The translations under genes were made by a program, and so were the position numbers. The notes beneath the pieces are model-generated. The model ran no database searches, had not been told where the DNA came from, and saw only the letters and a program-made list of their open reading frames with translations. Shown here piece after piece: positions 10,441 through 19,626 of a stretch of DNA of 64,000 bases. Position 1 is the first letter of the stretch, and the number at the start of each line of letters is the position of its first letter. This stretch comes from Oscillospiraceae bacterium (GTDB lineage Bacteria; Bacillota; Clostridia; Oscillospirales; CAG-272), in contig SVSW01000001.1 of assembly GCA_015064095.1 (NCBI GenBank), forward strand, positions 709 through 64,708, read 5' to 3'.

Positions 10441-11189
10441 ATTTCGATAATGTAATCAAGGTCAGAAAGAACAAAACCGTTTATCGCGACGGCGACACCT
10501 GCATCAAGCTCTTTAACACACCCGAATATTCAAAGGCAGACGTACTCAACGAAGCTCTCAATCAGGCACGTATCGAAACGACCGGTCTTAATGTCGCGGG
10601 CATACGCGAGGTCACAATGGTCGATGACAAATGGGCTATCGTTCTTGATTATATCCCCGGTAAAACGCTTGAGGAGCTTATGATCGAAAATCCCGAAAAG
10701 AAACAAGAGTACCTTGAGCTTTTCGTTGATCTTCAGCTCTCCGTACACGCACAGAAATGCCCGACACTCACCCGTCTTAAAGACAAGATGAGAAACAAGA
10801 TCTCGCAAACAACTCTCGATGCAACGACAAAATATGAGCTGCATCACCGCCTTGAGGGTATGCCGAAGCACAACAAGGTCTGCCACGGCGATTTCAACCC
10901 CTCGAATATCATCATAACCGATGACGGCACTCCCTATATTATCGACTGGGCGCACGTTACTCAGGGCAACGCCTCTGCCGATGCGGCAAGAACCTTCCTG
11001 CTCTTCTCTCTCGCAGGAGACCAGGAGACGGCTAAGCAGTATCTTGATATCTTCTGCAAAAAGAGCGACACCGCACGTCAGTATGTGCAAAAATGGATAC
11101 CGATCGTTGCCGCTTCTCAGTCCGTCAAGGGCAACGAGCACGAGCGTGAGCTTTTGCTCTCTTGGGTCGACGTTGTCGATTACGAATAA
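10437..11189 (+). CDS. protein-kinase-like fold phosphotransferase (APH/choline-kinase family)
   Basis: 250 aa with catalytic-loop motif HGDFNPSNIII followed by IIDW. The start ATG overlaps the adhE stop (ATGA), and a GGAGG lies inside the last adhE codons. Confidence 0.7.
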   Translation: MNFDNVIKVRKNKTVYRDGDTCIKLFNTPEYSKADVLNEALNQARIETTGLNVAGIREVTMVDDKWAIVLDYIPGKTLEELMIENPEKKQEYLELFVDLQLSVHAQKCPTLTRLKDKMRNKISQTTLDATTKYELHHRLEGMPKHNKVCHGDFNPSNIIITDDGTPYIIDWAHVTQGNASADAARTFLLFSLAGDQETAKQYLDIFCKKSDTARQYVQKWIPIVAASQSVKGNEHERELLLSWVDVVDYE

Positions 11190-11192
11190 AAT

Positions 11193-11222
11193 AAAAAAGT
11201 CAGGCATTCGCCTGACTTTTTT
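11193..11222. terminator. bidirectional intrinsic terminator between convergent genes
   Basis: GTCAGGC-attc-GCCTGAC flanked by an A-run and a T-run. Confidence 0.75.
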
Positions 11223-12177
11223 ACTGTATTAAGCGTAATTTTTCAATAAGCTTTTCCATTTCGGGTGGGAGAGGGCTCGAAAAAGTCATTCTCTCGCCCG
11301 TTTTCGGGTGCGTTAGTGTCAGCTCGCCTGCGTGGAGTGCCTGACCGCAAAGGAGCTTTGCGTTTTCTTTTTCAAATCGCGTGTGTCCGCCTCCGTACAG
11401 CGTATCTCCGACGAGAGGGTGACCGATATATGCCATATGTACGCGAATTTGATGTGTTCTGCCGGTTTCAAGCCGACATACAACCTTTGTAAAGCCGTGG
11501 AACCTTTCATCGACCGTATAGTGCGTGACCGCTCGCTTTGCGGATTTTTCGGGATCCTTTATGACCGCCATTTTTTTGCGGTCAACTGGGCAGCGGCCTA
11601 TCGGTGCGTCAACCGTACCGCCATCAGTCTTAAAGCCGCCGACGGCGATCGCCGTGTAAATTCGGCTCATACTGTGACACTCAAGCTGTGCGGCGAGCGC
11701 GATGTGAGATGCGTCGTTTTTCGCGGCGACGATCAGCCCGCTTGTATCCTTATCTATTCGGTGCACGATTCCGGGACGTTCAACACCGCCGATGCCGGAA
11801 AGCTGTCCGCGACAGTGCGCAAGGAGCGCATTGACGAGCGTTCCCGTTTCATTCCCCGCAGCCGGGTGAACGACCATTCCGACAGGCTTATTTATGACGA
11901 CGATATCATCGTCTTCATAAACGATATCAAGCTCAATATCCTCCGGCTGTGCCTCGCTCGGCACGGCAGGCGGCAATTCGATCTCAATGATATCACCCTC
12001 GAAAACGCGGTAGTTCTTGTTCTTTTCAACCCGATCTCCAACTCTTACGCTGCCTGCCTCTGCAAGCCTTACGCAAGCGGATCTCGAAAGCTCGGAATTT
12101 GCGGCGACGAATGCATCGAGCCTCGTTCCTGCCAAGCTTTTATCAACTGTCGGAAGTATCAGAATTTTTCTTTCCAT
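11221..12177 (-). CDS. rluD: 23S rRNA pseudouridine synthase, RluA/RluD family
   Basis: N-terminal S4-like region and catalytic motif HRIDKDTSGL. Start taken at MERKILILP (12177) rather than the longer ORF. Follows lspA as in Bacillus. Confidence 0.85.
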   Translation of the reverse strand: MERKILILPTVDKSLAGTRLDAFVAANSELSRSACVRLAEAGSVRVGDRVEKNKNYRVFEGDIIEIELPPAVPSEAQPEDIELDIVYEDDDIVVINKPVGMVVHPAAGNETGTLVNALLAHCRGQLSGIGGVERPGIVHRIDKDTSGLIVAAKNDASHIALAAQLECHSMSRIYTAIAVGGFKTDGGTVDAPIGRCPVDRKKMAVIKDPEKSAKRAVTHYTVDERFHGFTKVVCRLETGRTHQIRVHMAYIGHPLVGDTLYGGGHTRFEKENAKLLCGQALHAGELTLTHPKTGERMTFSSPLPPEMEKLIEKLRLIQ

Positions 12178-12637
12178 CTTTACATTCCTTGATTGTATCC
12201 AAAATAAGGTATAAAATAAGCATACCCGCGCCGACACAAACAAAGCTGTCGGCTACATTGAAAACGGGGAAATCCATAAAAGTCAGATCAAGAAAATCAA
12301 CGACATAGCCGTAAAGCACTCGGTCGATCATATTTCCGATACCGCCTCCGACGACAAAAGCGAGAGCGACTGTGAGAAAGCGGCTTTTCGGCTTTCCTAT
12401 AAACATATAAAGGAAAACGGCAGCGATCGCCAAGGTAGACAGCGTCATAAATATCCAGCGCTGATCCGGCTTACCGAACATTCCCCAAGCAGCGCCCGTG
12501 TTCTCAACATAAGTGAAGCGCAAAAGCCAAGGGATAAACGGTACTGACGGTCCGCCCTCAACAAATGCAACGGCCAACCATTTTGTCATCTGATCGAGGA
12601 AAACGACCCCGACGGTAATACACAAAAATACAAACAT
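12143..12637 (-). CDS. lspA: lipoprotein signal peptidase II
   Basis: 164 aa with four hydrophobic segments, and NTGAAWG and FNVADS motifs typical of LspA. Confidence 0.9.
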   Translation of the reverse strand: MFVFLCITVGVVFLDQMTKWLAVAFVEGGPSVPFIPWLLRFTYVENTGAAWGMFGKPDQRWIFMTLSTLAIAAVFLYMFIGKPKSRFLTVALAFVVGGGIGNMIDRVLYGYVVDFLDLTFMDFPVFNVADSFVCVGAGMLILYLILDTIKECKDGKKNSDTSDS

Positions 12638-12644
12638 ATATTCT

Positions 12645-12676
12645 CCAAAATCGGGGCGGAAGTAACTCCGCCCCCT
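12645..12676 (-). terminator. terminator-like hairpin between ileS and lspA
   Basis: On the minus strand, GGGGCGGA-guuacu-UCCGCCCC is followed by GAUUUUGG. It could be a partial terminator or a processing site. Confidence 0.45.
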
Positions 12677-12682
12677 GATTTT

Positions 12683-15469
12683 TTATTCTACTATTGCGCG
12701 GCAACGCGGACAGAGATAGCCCTCGCCGTCGGACACACACTCGGTGGAGTGTATCCAGCAGCGGTCGCAACGCTCGCCGTCAGCGATCTCAACGAGAACA
12801 GCAATACCCGACTCGGTCTCAGTGAAAGCCCCGACAGGTGCGTCACCAAGCACGGTCTTTGCCGCAGAAACGATATAGACCGCAGGCAGATCAGCCTCAA
12901 AGGACGAAAGCAGCTCATATACGGCCTCGTCATTGGTATAAACCGTCACTTTTGCATCAAGCGACTTGCCGATAAGCTTATCGGCACGTGCGATCTCAAG
13001 TGCCTTCATAACATCGTCACGAAGCGTGAAAAGACGGTCCCATCTCTCCTCAAGTCCGTCAAACGTCCAATCCGCGTTGACACTCGGCATATCATTGAGG
13101 AAGACGCTCTCTTTTTTGTCGCTGTCAAGATGTGCCATAGACTGCCAAATTTCTTCAGCCGTAAACGAGATTATGGGGGCTGCAAGACGTGTGAGTGCCG
13201 AAAGGATCAGCCACATAGCCGTCTGTGCAGATCGACGGAGCTTCGAATCGGTCTTTTCCGTATACATTCTGTCCTTTGTTATGTCAACATAGAGCTTTGA
13301 CATATCGGTGGTGCAGAAATTATTGATCGCGTGGTATATCACGTGGAATTCGTAATCTTCGTAAGCCCGACGGCAGGTCTCGGTGAGTGCGTTCATACGC
13401 GAAAGCGCCCACTTATCGATATCGAGAAGCTCAGAAAGCTCTACCATATCGGTATTCGGATCGAATTCACCGAGGTTTGCAAGCAAAATCCTTGCGGTAT
13501 TTCTTATCTTTCTGTACGCCTCCGAGAGCTGCTTGAATATCGCATCGGAAACGCGGATATCAACGCGATAATCGCTCGAAGCGACCCAAAGACGTATAAG
13601 CTCTGCGCCGTATTTCTTGACGATCTCATCGGGTGAGATTGTATTTCCGAGCGACTTGTGCATTGCCTTGCCCTCGCCGTCAACGGTCCAGCCGTGTGTT
13701 AGGACTGTCTTATAAGGTGCTCCTTCGCCCTTAGCTCCGACTGCCGTGAGCAGCGATGCCTGGAACCAGCCGCGGTACTGATCCGCGCCCTCAAGATAGA
13801 GATCTGCCGGCCAGTTTACGCCCTCTTTGCCGTCAAGCACGGCAAAATGGCTCGATCCGGAGTCGAACCAACCGTCAAGCGTGTCGGTCTCTTTTGTGAA
13901 ATGAGTCTGTCCGCAGTACGGGCAAACGAAGCCCTTTGGCAGTATCTCATCGACCTCTTTTTCATACCAGGCGTTTGAGCCCTCTGCGCTGAAAAGCTTT
14001 GAAACGGCATCTATCGTTTCGTCCGTGCAAACGGGCTTTTTGCAAGTATCGCAATAGAACACGGGAATGGGCAGACCCCAATGGCGCTGACGCGAAATGC
14101 ACCAATCGGCGCGCTCGCGCACCATCTGTGCTATGCGCTCTCCGCCCCATGCGGGTATCCACTCAACGTTCTCGCAAGCCTTTCCCGCTGCGTCCTTATA
14201 AGAATCGACAGAGCAGAACCACTGCGGTGTTGCGCGGAAGATTATCGGGTGCTTGCATCTCCAGCAATGAGGATACTCATGCTCAATGACCTCGGACGCA
14301 AAGAGCGCGCCGCTTTCGGTCATATCCTCAAGTATCGCCTTGTTCGATTCCTCGTAATACATACCGGCAAATTTACCGGCATCGGCGGTCTGATAACCGC
14401 GGTCATCTACGGGAACGATTATATCGATACCGTATTTTCTGCAGGTCTGATAGTCGTCGGCACCGAAACCGGGTGCTGTATGAACGCAGCCCGTACCGCT
14501 GTCCATCGTGACATAATCAGCCATGAGAACCACGCTCTTTCGATCAAGGAACGGGTGCTGTGCCTCGATCATCTCGAGCTCCTGACCGCGGAAGGTCTTT
14601 ATCTTCTCATAGCTCTCGATGCCGCCGTCCTTCATCGTCTTTTCACAAAGAGCGTCGGCAACGATGTAAATTTCCCGACCCGCTTTGACGGCTACATACT
14701 CCTCGCGGGGATTGAGCGCGATTGCAAGGTTGCCGGGAAGCGTCCAGGGTGTTGTTGTCCAAATGATGAAATATGTGTTGTCAAGATCAAGTCCCGAAAG
14801 CACGCCCTTATCGTTTGCAACCTTAAACTTAACGTAGATCGAGGTGCATTTGTCGGTCTGATATTCGATCTCAGCCTCGGCAAGTGCAGTTTCGTCGTGG
14901 GGACACCAATAGACGGGCTTCAATCCCTTGTATATATAACCCTTTTTATACATTTCGCCAAACACCTTGACTTCGATACCCTCAAATTCGGGGGACATCG
15001 TCAGATAAGGCTTGTCCCAATCCGCAACAAGTCCGAGGCGGCGGAACTGATCCTTTTGTATATCGACGAATTTCTGCGCAAACTTTTCGCAAGCCGTGCG
15101 GAACTCGGGAATACTCATTTTCTTGCGGTCAAGCTTATTCTGCTTAATGATCGCGCTCTCGATCGGCATACCGTGGTTATCCCAACCGGGTGTGAATACC
15201 ACGCGATAGCCCGACATCGCCTTCGATTTATTTATGAAATCCTTTAATGTCTTATTAAGGGCATGTCCCATGTGGAGATTGCCGTTTGAAAAGGGAGGGC
15301 CGTCATGCAAAATAAAATTAGGCTTGCCTTCCGCGTTTTCGAGCATTTTGTTATAAATGTCGATCTCGTCCCAGTATTCTATCGTCTGCGGCTCGCGCTG
15401 AGGCAGGTTAGCACGCATCGGAAATTCTGTTTTCGGAAGGTTCAGTGTGCTTGTGTAATCCTTTGACAT
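12683..15469 (-). CDS. ileS: isoleucine--tRNA ligase
   Basis: 928 aa. HIGH-type motif HMGHALNK, KMSKS-type KMHKSLGN, and C-terminal Zn-ribbon cysteines (CDRCW...CPRC). Confidence 0.97.
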   Translation of the reverse strand: MSKDYTSTLNLPKTEFPMRANLPQREPQTIEYWDEIDIYNKMLENAEGKPNFILHDGPPFSNGNLHMGHALNKTLKDFINKSKAMSGYRVVFTPGWDNHGMPIESAIIKQNKLDRKKMSIPEFRTACEKFAQKFVDIQKDQFRRLGLVADWDKPYLTMSPEFEGIEVKVFGEMYKKGYIYKGLKPVYWCPHDETALAEAEIEYQTDKCTSIYVKFKVANDKGVLSGLDLDNTYFIIWTTTPWTLPGNLAIALNPREEYVAVKAGREIYIVADALCEKTMKDGGIESYEKIKTFRGQELEMIEAQHPFLDRKSVVLMADYVTMDSGTGCVHTAPGFGADDYQTCRKYGIDIIVPVDDRGYQTADAGKFAGMYYEESNKAILEDMTESGALFASEVIEHEYPHCWRCKHPIIFRATPQWFCSVDSYKDAAGKACENVEWIPAWGGERIAQMVRERADWCISRQRHWGLPIPVFYCDTCKKPVCTDETIDAVSKLFSAEGSNAWYEKEVDEILPKGFVCPYCGQTHFTKETDTLDGWFDSGSSHFAVLDGKEGVNWPADLYLEGADQYRGWFQASLLTAVGAKGEGAPYKTVLTHGWTVDGEGKAMHKSLGNTISPDEIVKKYGAELIRLWVASSDYRVDIRVSDAIFKQLSEAYRKIRNTARILLANLGEFDPNTDMVELSELLDIDKWALSRMNALTETCRRAYEDYEFHVIYHAINNFCTTDMSKLYVDITKDRMYTEKTDSKLRRSAQTAMWLILSALTRLAAPIISFTAEEIWQSMAHLDSDKKESVFLNDMPSVNADWTFDGLEERWDRLFTLRDDVMKALEIARADKLIGKSLDAKVTVYTNDEAVYELLSSFEADLPAVYIVSAAKTVLGDAPVGAFTETESGIAVLVEIADGERCDRCWIHSTECVSDGEGYLCPRCRAIVE

Positions 15470-15502
15470 CGAATGTGTGTCTCCTTATGAATAGAAATCA
15501 AA

Positions 15503-15778
15503 TTAAAAAGCCGAAAGAAAAGTAGTGACTATGCCCAGAGCCAAAACAGCGCAAAGATATGCTATATCAAGCGGCGAGTTTTGAAACCAGCCGAAGCGCT
15601 CGAAAAGTCGGCGAAACGGCAGGATCAAAGGCTCGGTTATAAGATATATAAACTCAGGCAAAAGTCCTCCGCCGTCGGGCAAAAACCACGAAAGCAGAGC
15701 ACGTGCGAGCATGGCGAGCTCCACTAAAGACAAAATCAGCAGAACCACCGTTGAAATTACATAATATATCTCGTTCAA
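15503..15778 (-). CDS. YggT-family membrane protein (YlmG-like)
   Basis: 91 aa, two to three TM segments, positioned between sepF and ileS as in the Bacillus ylm cluster. Confidence 0.8.
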   Translation of the reverse strand: MNEIYYVISTVVLLILSLVELAMLARALLSWFLPDGGGLLPEFIYLITEPLILPFRRLFERFGWFQNSPLDIAYLCAVLALGIVTTFLSAF

Positions 15779-15855
15779 AATCTTCCCCTATAATTAAGCG
15801 CACTTTACCGACGCGCGTTTTTTCGCGCGTCGGTCAAAGTGTATTGGAAATTAAA

Positions 15856-16293
15856 TTATTCCTCTTCTTCCTCGCCGAAGCCCGAAACTCCGACATTACC
15901 GGGAGCGAAAACGAAAGTGGTGCGAGTGACCTTCTTCGTTGTTCCGCCGAGGACGTGGATAGCACCGAAAAGGAAGTCCATAAGGCGCTTTGCAACTGCC
16001 TTATCAAGATCCTCGATGTTGAGAAGGACCGTGCTTCCGCCAACGATATAATCAGCGATCTCGGGTCCGTCCTCGTATCCCTTAGGTGTGACGAGCTTCA
16101 ACGCAACGGGAGCCTGAGCACCTGCAAACGAAACGCCGGGCGCAGCCGCCGTATCGTCAAGCACGGGAGCATCGTCGTCATCGAACGAGCCGCCAACCTC
16201 CGCTTGACCGTCACCGTAGTAAGTGTCGTCGTAGTAGTTGTCGTAATCCTCTGTAAATTCTTCTTGGTTGCGCTTTTTGATGAATTTCATCAT
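15856..16293 (-). CDS. sepF: cell division protein SepF
   Basis: C-terminal domain PEIADYIVGGSTVLLNIEDLDKAVAKRLMDFLFGAIHVLGG matches the SepF (DUF552) pattern. Start taken at the ATGATG after GGAGGA. Confidence 0.85.
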   Translation of the reverse strand: MMKFIKKRNQEEFTEDYDNYYDDTYYGDGQAEVGGSFDDDDAPVLDDTAAAPGVSFAGAQAPVALKLVTPKGYEDGPEIADYIVGGSTVLLNIEDLDKAVAKRLMDFLFGAIHVLGGTTKKVTRTTFVFAPGNVGVSGFGEEEEE

Positions 16294-16322
16294 AACGTCT
16301 TCCTCCAAAATTTATGTATTCT

Positions 16323-17018
16323 TTATTTTTCAAAAAATCCCCGACCGACGCGAACGACGGTTGCGCCCTCGAATATTGCTTCCTCGAAGCTTCCCGTCAT
16401 GCCCATTGAAATTACCGGTCTCTTTATATTATGTAGTTTTTTGTCCCAAATGTCAAGGGAAAGCTCATAAGTTTGCGAAAAATATTTTCTGTAATCGTCT
16501 TTTTTATCGCAATTCGGTGCCATTGTCATAAATCCGCAAAGCGAAATGTTTGAAAACTCCGAAAGCCTTTCGCAGAACTCCGCCGCGTCTTCCGGCATAA
16601 CTCCGCTTTTGTTTTCTTCCCTTCCGCTGTTTATCTCGCAAAGCACTTTCATGACTATACCGTGCTTTTTCGCCTGACGGTCGATCTCCGCTGCCAGCTT
16701 TAAGCTGTCGACAGATTCTATCATATCAACCTTGTCGATTATATATTTTACCTTGTTCGATTGAAGCGTTCCGATAAAATGAAGCTTTGCATCGCCTCGG
16801 TCAAATCCCGAAAGATGCTCCGTGAGCTGCTGCACGCGGTTTTCACCGATATGAGTTATCCCCGCCTTATTGCAAAGATGATCGATCTCTTCGGGTGTTG
16901 CATATTTCACGGCAGCGAGCAAGGTTATCTCCGAAGGATCGCGCCCTGCCGCATGCGCTACGCGCTCAAGCCGTTCGCGTATGCGTTTTACATTTTCGTC
17001 TATATATGAAAATTCCAT
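16323..17018 (-). CDS. YggS-family pyridoxal-phosphate homeostasis protein (YlmE-like)
   Basis: 231 aa alanine-racemase-N-like fold. Motifs LLAAVKY, HFIGTLQSNK and MGMTGSFEEAI. Confidence 0.88.
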   Translation of the reverse strand: MEFSYIDENVKRIRERLERVAHAAGRDPSEITLLAAVKYATPEEIDHLCNKAGITHIGENRVQQLTEHLSGFDRGDAKLHFIGTLQSNKVKYIIDKVDMIESVDSLKLAAEIDRQAKKHGIVMKVLCEINSGREENKSGVMPEDAAEFCERLSEFSNISLCGFMTMAPNCDKKDDYRKYFSQTYELSLDIWDKKLHNIKRPVISMGMTGSFEEAIFEGATVVRVGRGFFEK

Positions 17019-18377
17019 TCAGTCCACCGTCTTTCCGTCGTAAAGATCCCGACCGCCGACGATCACGGATTCGTTGTGAAGAAGCCAAGGTCCGTCCCCC
17101 TCACCGCCCGATGTTTTGGCAAGCACGTAGGTATCTGCGATATAAATCATCTCGATCTGCCGCCATTCAACCGTTCCGTACGTCAGAACAAACACTCCGT
17201 ACTCGGTATGATTCCGATCAAGCTTATCGGCTTTTTGGCATTCGCCGTCTTTATTTTTGATAAATATTGCGTCCTTTGGCACGCGAAGCCCCTCATATTC
17301 GTTCATCAGCACGCGTACTCTGCGCTCGCGGCCGCCCGAAAAGCCGATTTTCATAGCATTTGACGAGAAAAGGAGAATTATCTGATCTTCCCCGTCCTCC
17401 TCTATGACCGCCTCAAGCGTCATTTCGGTTCTCTGCCAACCGCCGTCGTAAAAATCGACCGTATATGAGCCGTAATTTATCTTGTCATTTTGATTTTTAT
17501 ATTGCGAAAGCTTCTCCGCACTTATCGGAACTGCCGCATACCAGCGCGGATCGTAAACTATCCTGCCTACCGACGTAGGTGATACCGTCGGCGCAGAATC
17601 AAGCGCATCTATTGCCGAAAGCAGCTCACCGAGCGTTTTTTGGGTTATACCCGTGCTTGACATCGTGCCCTCATAGCCGTCCGTTCCCGAATAATAATAT
17701 CCGGTCTTTTCAGCCGTGAGGCTCTCATATATCTCTCCGAGTGAGCTGACTATATCGGCTCTTTCCCCTCGGAGTTTTTCTATCTCCGAATCGATCCTCT
17801 CGATGTTTTGCTTTACGGCTTGCGTGCTGCCCTGATTTACAGAAAGCATTGATATCGCCTCGGTTATCGGCACTTTGTATTTTACCGCCGCCGCGGTATC
17901 CTTCTTTGCGAGCTGCTCCGTTAATGCTCTGTACCCCTCGGTGAGCACACGCCGAGCCTCGTTTATCCCGCTTGAATTAAGCTCCCGACGGCATTTTTCG
18001 AGCAGAGCGAGCGCTTGATCTATCGCCTCGATAGAATCTCTTTTATCCTTATCCTCGGGCGTATTATATACCCGCGCAAACTCCGTTCCGATGCCGATCA
18101 TATCGCCATCTGCCACAAGATCGAGCCTGTAACCCGAATATTCCGACTCAACGACCGTTTCGTTGCGGAATATATACGCGTCGTAAAACTCATATTCGAC
18201 GTCCGATGCAATGCTTGCCGGCGTTATATTCAGCTTTTCCGAAAAGTTGCCGAGAAGATGTGCCAGCACATATCCGCCGACGAGCACGGCGGCAACCACT
18301 GTGCACATGAGCGAAACGCTTTTTTTACTTTTTACGAATTTTTCAAAGCGTTTCACACAAACCTCCGCACATCGCAT
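17019..18377 (-). CDS. membrane-anchored coiled-coil protein, possibly HlyD/membrane-fusion-like; function unknown
   Basis: 452 aa with an N-terminal TM segment and a central heptad-rich region. The stop abuts the yggS-like start. The family assignment is weak. Confidence 0.55.
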   Translation of the reverse strand: MRCAEVCVKRFEKFVKSKKSVSLMCTVVAAVLVGGYVLAHLLGNFSEKLNITPASIASDVEYEFYDAYIFRNETVVESEYSGYRLDLVADGDMIGIGTEFARVYNTPEDKDKRDSIEAIDQALALLEKCRRELNSSGINEARRVLTEGYRALTEQLAKKDTAAAVKYKVPITEAISMLSVNQGSTQAVKQNIERIDSEIEKLRGERADIVSSLGEIYESLTAEKTGYYYSGTDGYEGTMSSTGITQKTLGELLSAIDALDSAPTVSPTSVGRIVYDPRWYAAVPISAEKLSQYKNQNDKINYGSYTVDFYDGGWQRTEMTLEAVIEEDGEDQIILLFSSNAMKIGFSGGRERRVRVLMNEYEGLRVPKDAIFIKNKDGECQKADKLDRNHTEYGVFVLTYGTVEWRQIEMIYIADTYVLAKTSGGEGDGPWLLHNESVIVGGRDLYDGKTVD

Positions 18378-18406
18378 ATAATATAATAATATATTATAAC
18401 ATAAGC

Positions 18407-19357
18407 TTACGACTTTTGGAAGATATCAAGCGCATTTTTTACAATTTTTTTATATATTTCTTCGTCACCAATGCCGTCGCAGTCGATAAAATTGACATAC
18501 GGCTTCGCTGAGAACCAAGTTATCTGCCGTTTTGCGTATTTGCGCGTCGCAAAAAGCAGCTTTTCGCGAGCATCTAAAAGAGAGCATTCGCCGTTTATAT
18601 AAGGCAAGATCTCCTTATATCCTATCGCTTGCGCGGCGGTGCTGTTCGCCTCGAAAACGCCGGCGGCGAGCAGGGCTTTCGTTTCCTCAACAAGTCCTTC
18701 GTCAAGCATCTTTTCGATCCTGCGTTCTATCCTGTCTGCAAGCTCCGAGCGATCGGCATAACGAAGCCCGATCACGCACGCATCGTATCTCATTCCCTTT
18801 TGGCGGGCTTTTTTGTCCTTCTCGGTCTTAGTTCCGGCGGCTCGGCAGATCTCAAGCGCGCGTATCACGCGGCGAACATTGTTTTTGTGTATTGCCGATG
18901 CTGCCTCGGGATCGATATCCTCAAGCATTTTATGAAGTGCATCTGCGCCGTTCGCCTCTGCGAATTTTTCAAGCTCCGCACGGTATTCAGGATCGGGCTC
19001 GGCACCGTCGCCCCCGACGCCGAAAAGCAGGCTGTCAAGATAAAGCCCCGTGCCTCCGCAGATTATCGGCAGCTTGCCGCGCCCTGCTATATCACGTATT
19101 GCGCGGCTCGCGCTTTTTTCGTAATCTGAGCACGAATAAGCCTTACACGGATCTCGAAAGCCGAAAAGTCGGTGGCGCGCCGCGCGCTTTTCCTCTGCTG
19201 TGGGCGCGGCTGTTCCAATATTCATTTTTCTATATATCTGCATTGAATCGCAGCATACGATCTCACCGTCAAGTGCGCGCGCAAGCTCGATCGCGAGTGC
19301 GCTCTTGCCGCTTGCCGTCGGCCCGACGACTGCAAGTATCTTTGTTTTATTTTTCAT
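18407..19357 (-). CDS. miaA: tRNA dimethylallyltransferase
   Basis: P-loop VVGPTASGKS, and DSMQIYRKMNIGTA. Start taken at MKNKTKIL (19357), not the longer ORF-track start. Confidence 0.92.
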   Translation of the reverse strand: MKNKTKILAVVGPTASGKSALAIELARALDGEIVCCDSMQIYRKMNIGTAAPTAEEKRAARHRLFGFRDPCKAYSCSDYEKSASRAIRDIAGRGKLPIICGGTGLYLDSLLFGVGGDGAEPDPEYRAELEKFAEANGADALHKMLEDIDPEAASAIHKNNVRRVIRALEICRAAGTKTEKDKKARQKGMRYDACVIGLRYADRSELADRIERRIEKMLDEGLVEETKALLAAGVFEANSTAAQAIGYKEILPYINGECSLLDAREKLLFATRKYAKRQITWFSAKPYVNFIDCDGIGDEEIYKKIVKNALDIFQKS

Positions 19358-19423
19358 TTTTTGTCCTAAATAGTATATTATATATATTTTATCATAAAAT
19401 CGCGCGCGTGTCAACGAGTACCC

Positions 19424-19452
19424 TTGACAAAAGCCCGATCTTGTGATATAAT
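19424..19452 (+). promoter_or_regulatory. sigmaA-type promoter (extended -10) for the CNNM-family gene leader
   Basis: TTGACA (19424-19429), 17-nt spacer, TGaTATAAT (19444-19452). Confidence 0.6.
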
Positions 19453-19458
19453 CATGCC

Positions 19459-19626
19459 ATCGCATAAAGAAAGGATAGTTTTATAATTATGGATAACCCC
19501 GGCGGAGACTGTACCGTCCCCTTATGCCGTTTCTCCGTGCTTAATTTGTAGTGAGCCGACCTGCCTCGTGACAGGTTTTGGCTCTTTTTGTGTTTTTATA
19601 TTTAATTTATCGGAGGAAATCTAATT
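19459..19626 (+). promoter_or_regulatory. about 165-nt 5' leader with an intrinsic terminator and a 20-codon uORF (candidate attenuator/riboswitch, class unknown)
   Basis: The leader runs from the predicted promoter to the TTG start. It contains uORF 19489-19551 and terminator 19553-19597. I did not recognise a known riboswitch consensus. Confidence 0.45.
19553..19597 (+). terminator. intrinsic terminator inside the leader
   Basis: GAGCC-g-ACCTG cctcgtga CAGGT-ttt-GGCTC followed by TTTTTGTGTTTTT. Confidence 0.65.

Noticed and set aside
14081-15247. 388-aa plus-strand ORF
   Set aside because: It is entirely antisense to ileS, which has unmistakable class-I synthetase motifs. The translation is low-complexity and Arg/Leu-rich, typical of a shadow ORF in GC-biased coding DNA.
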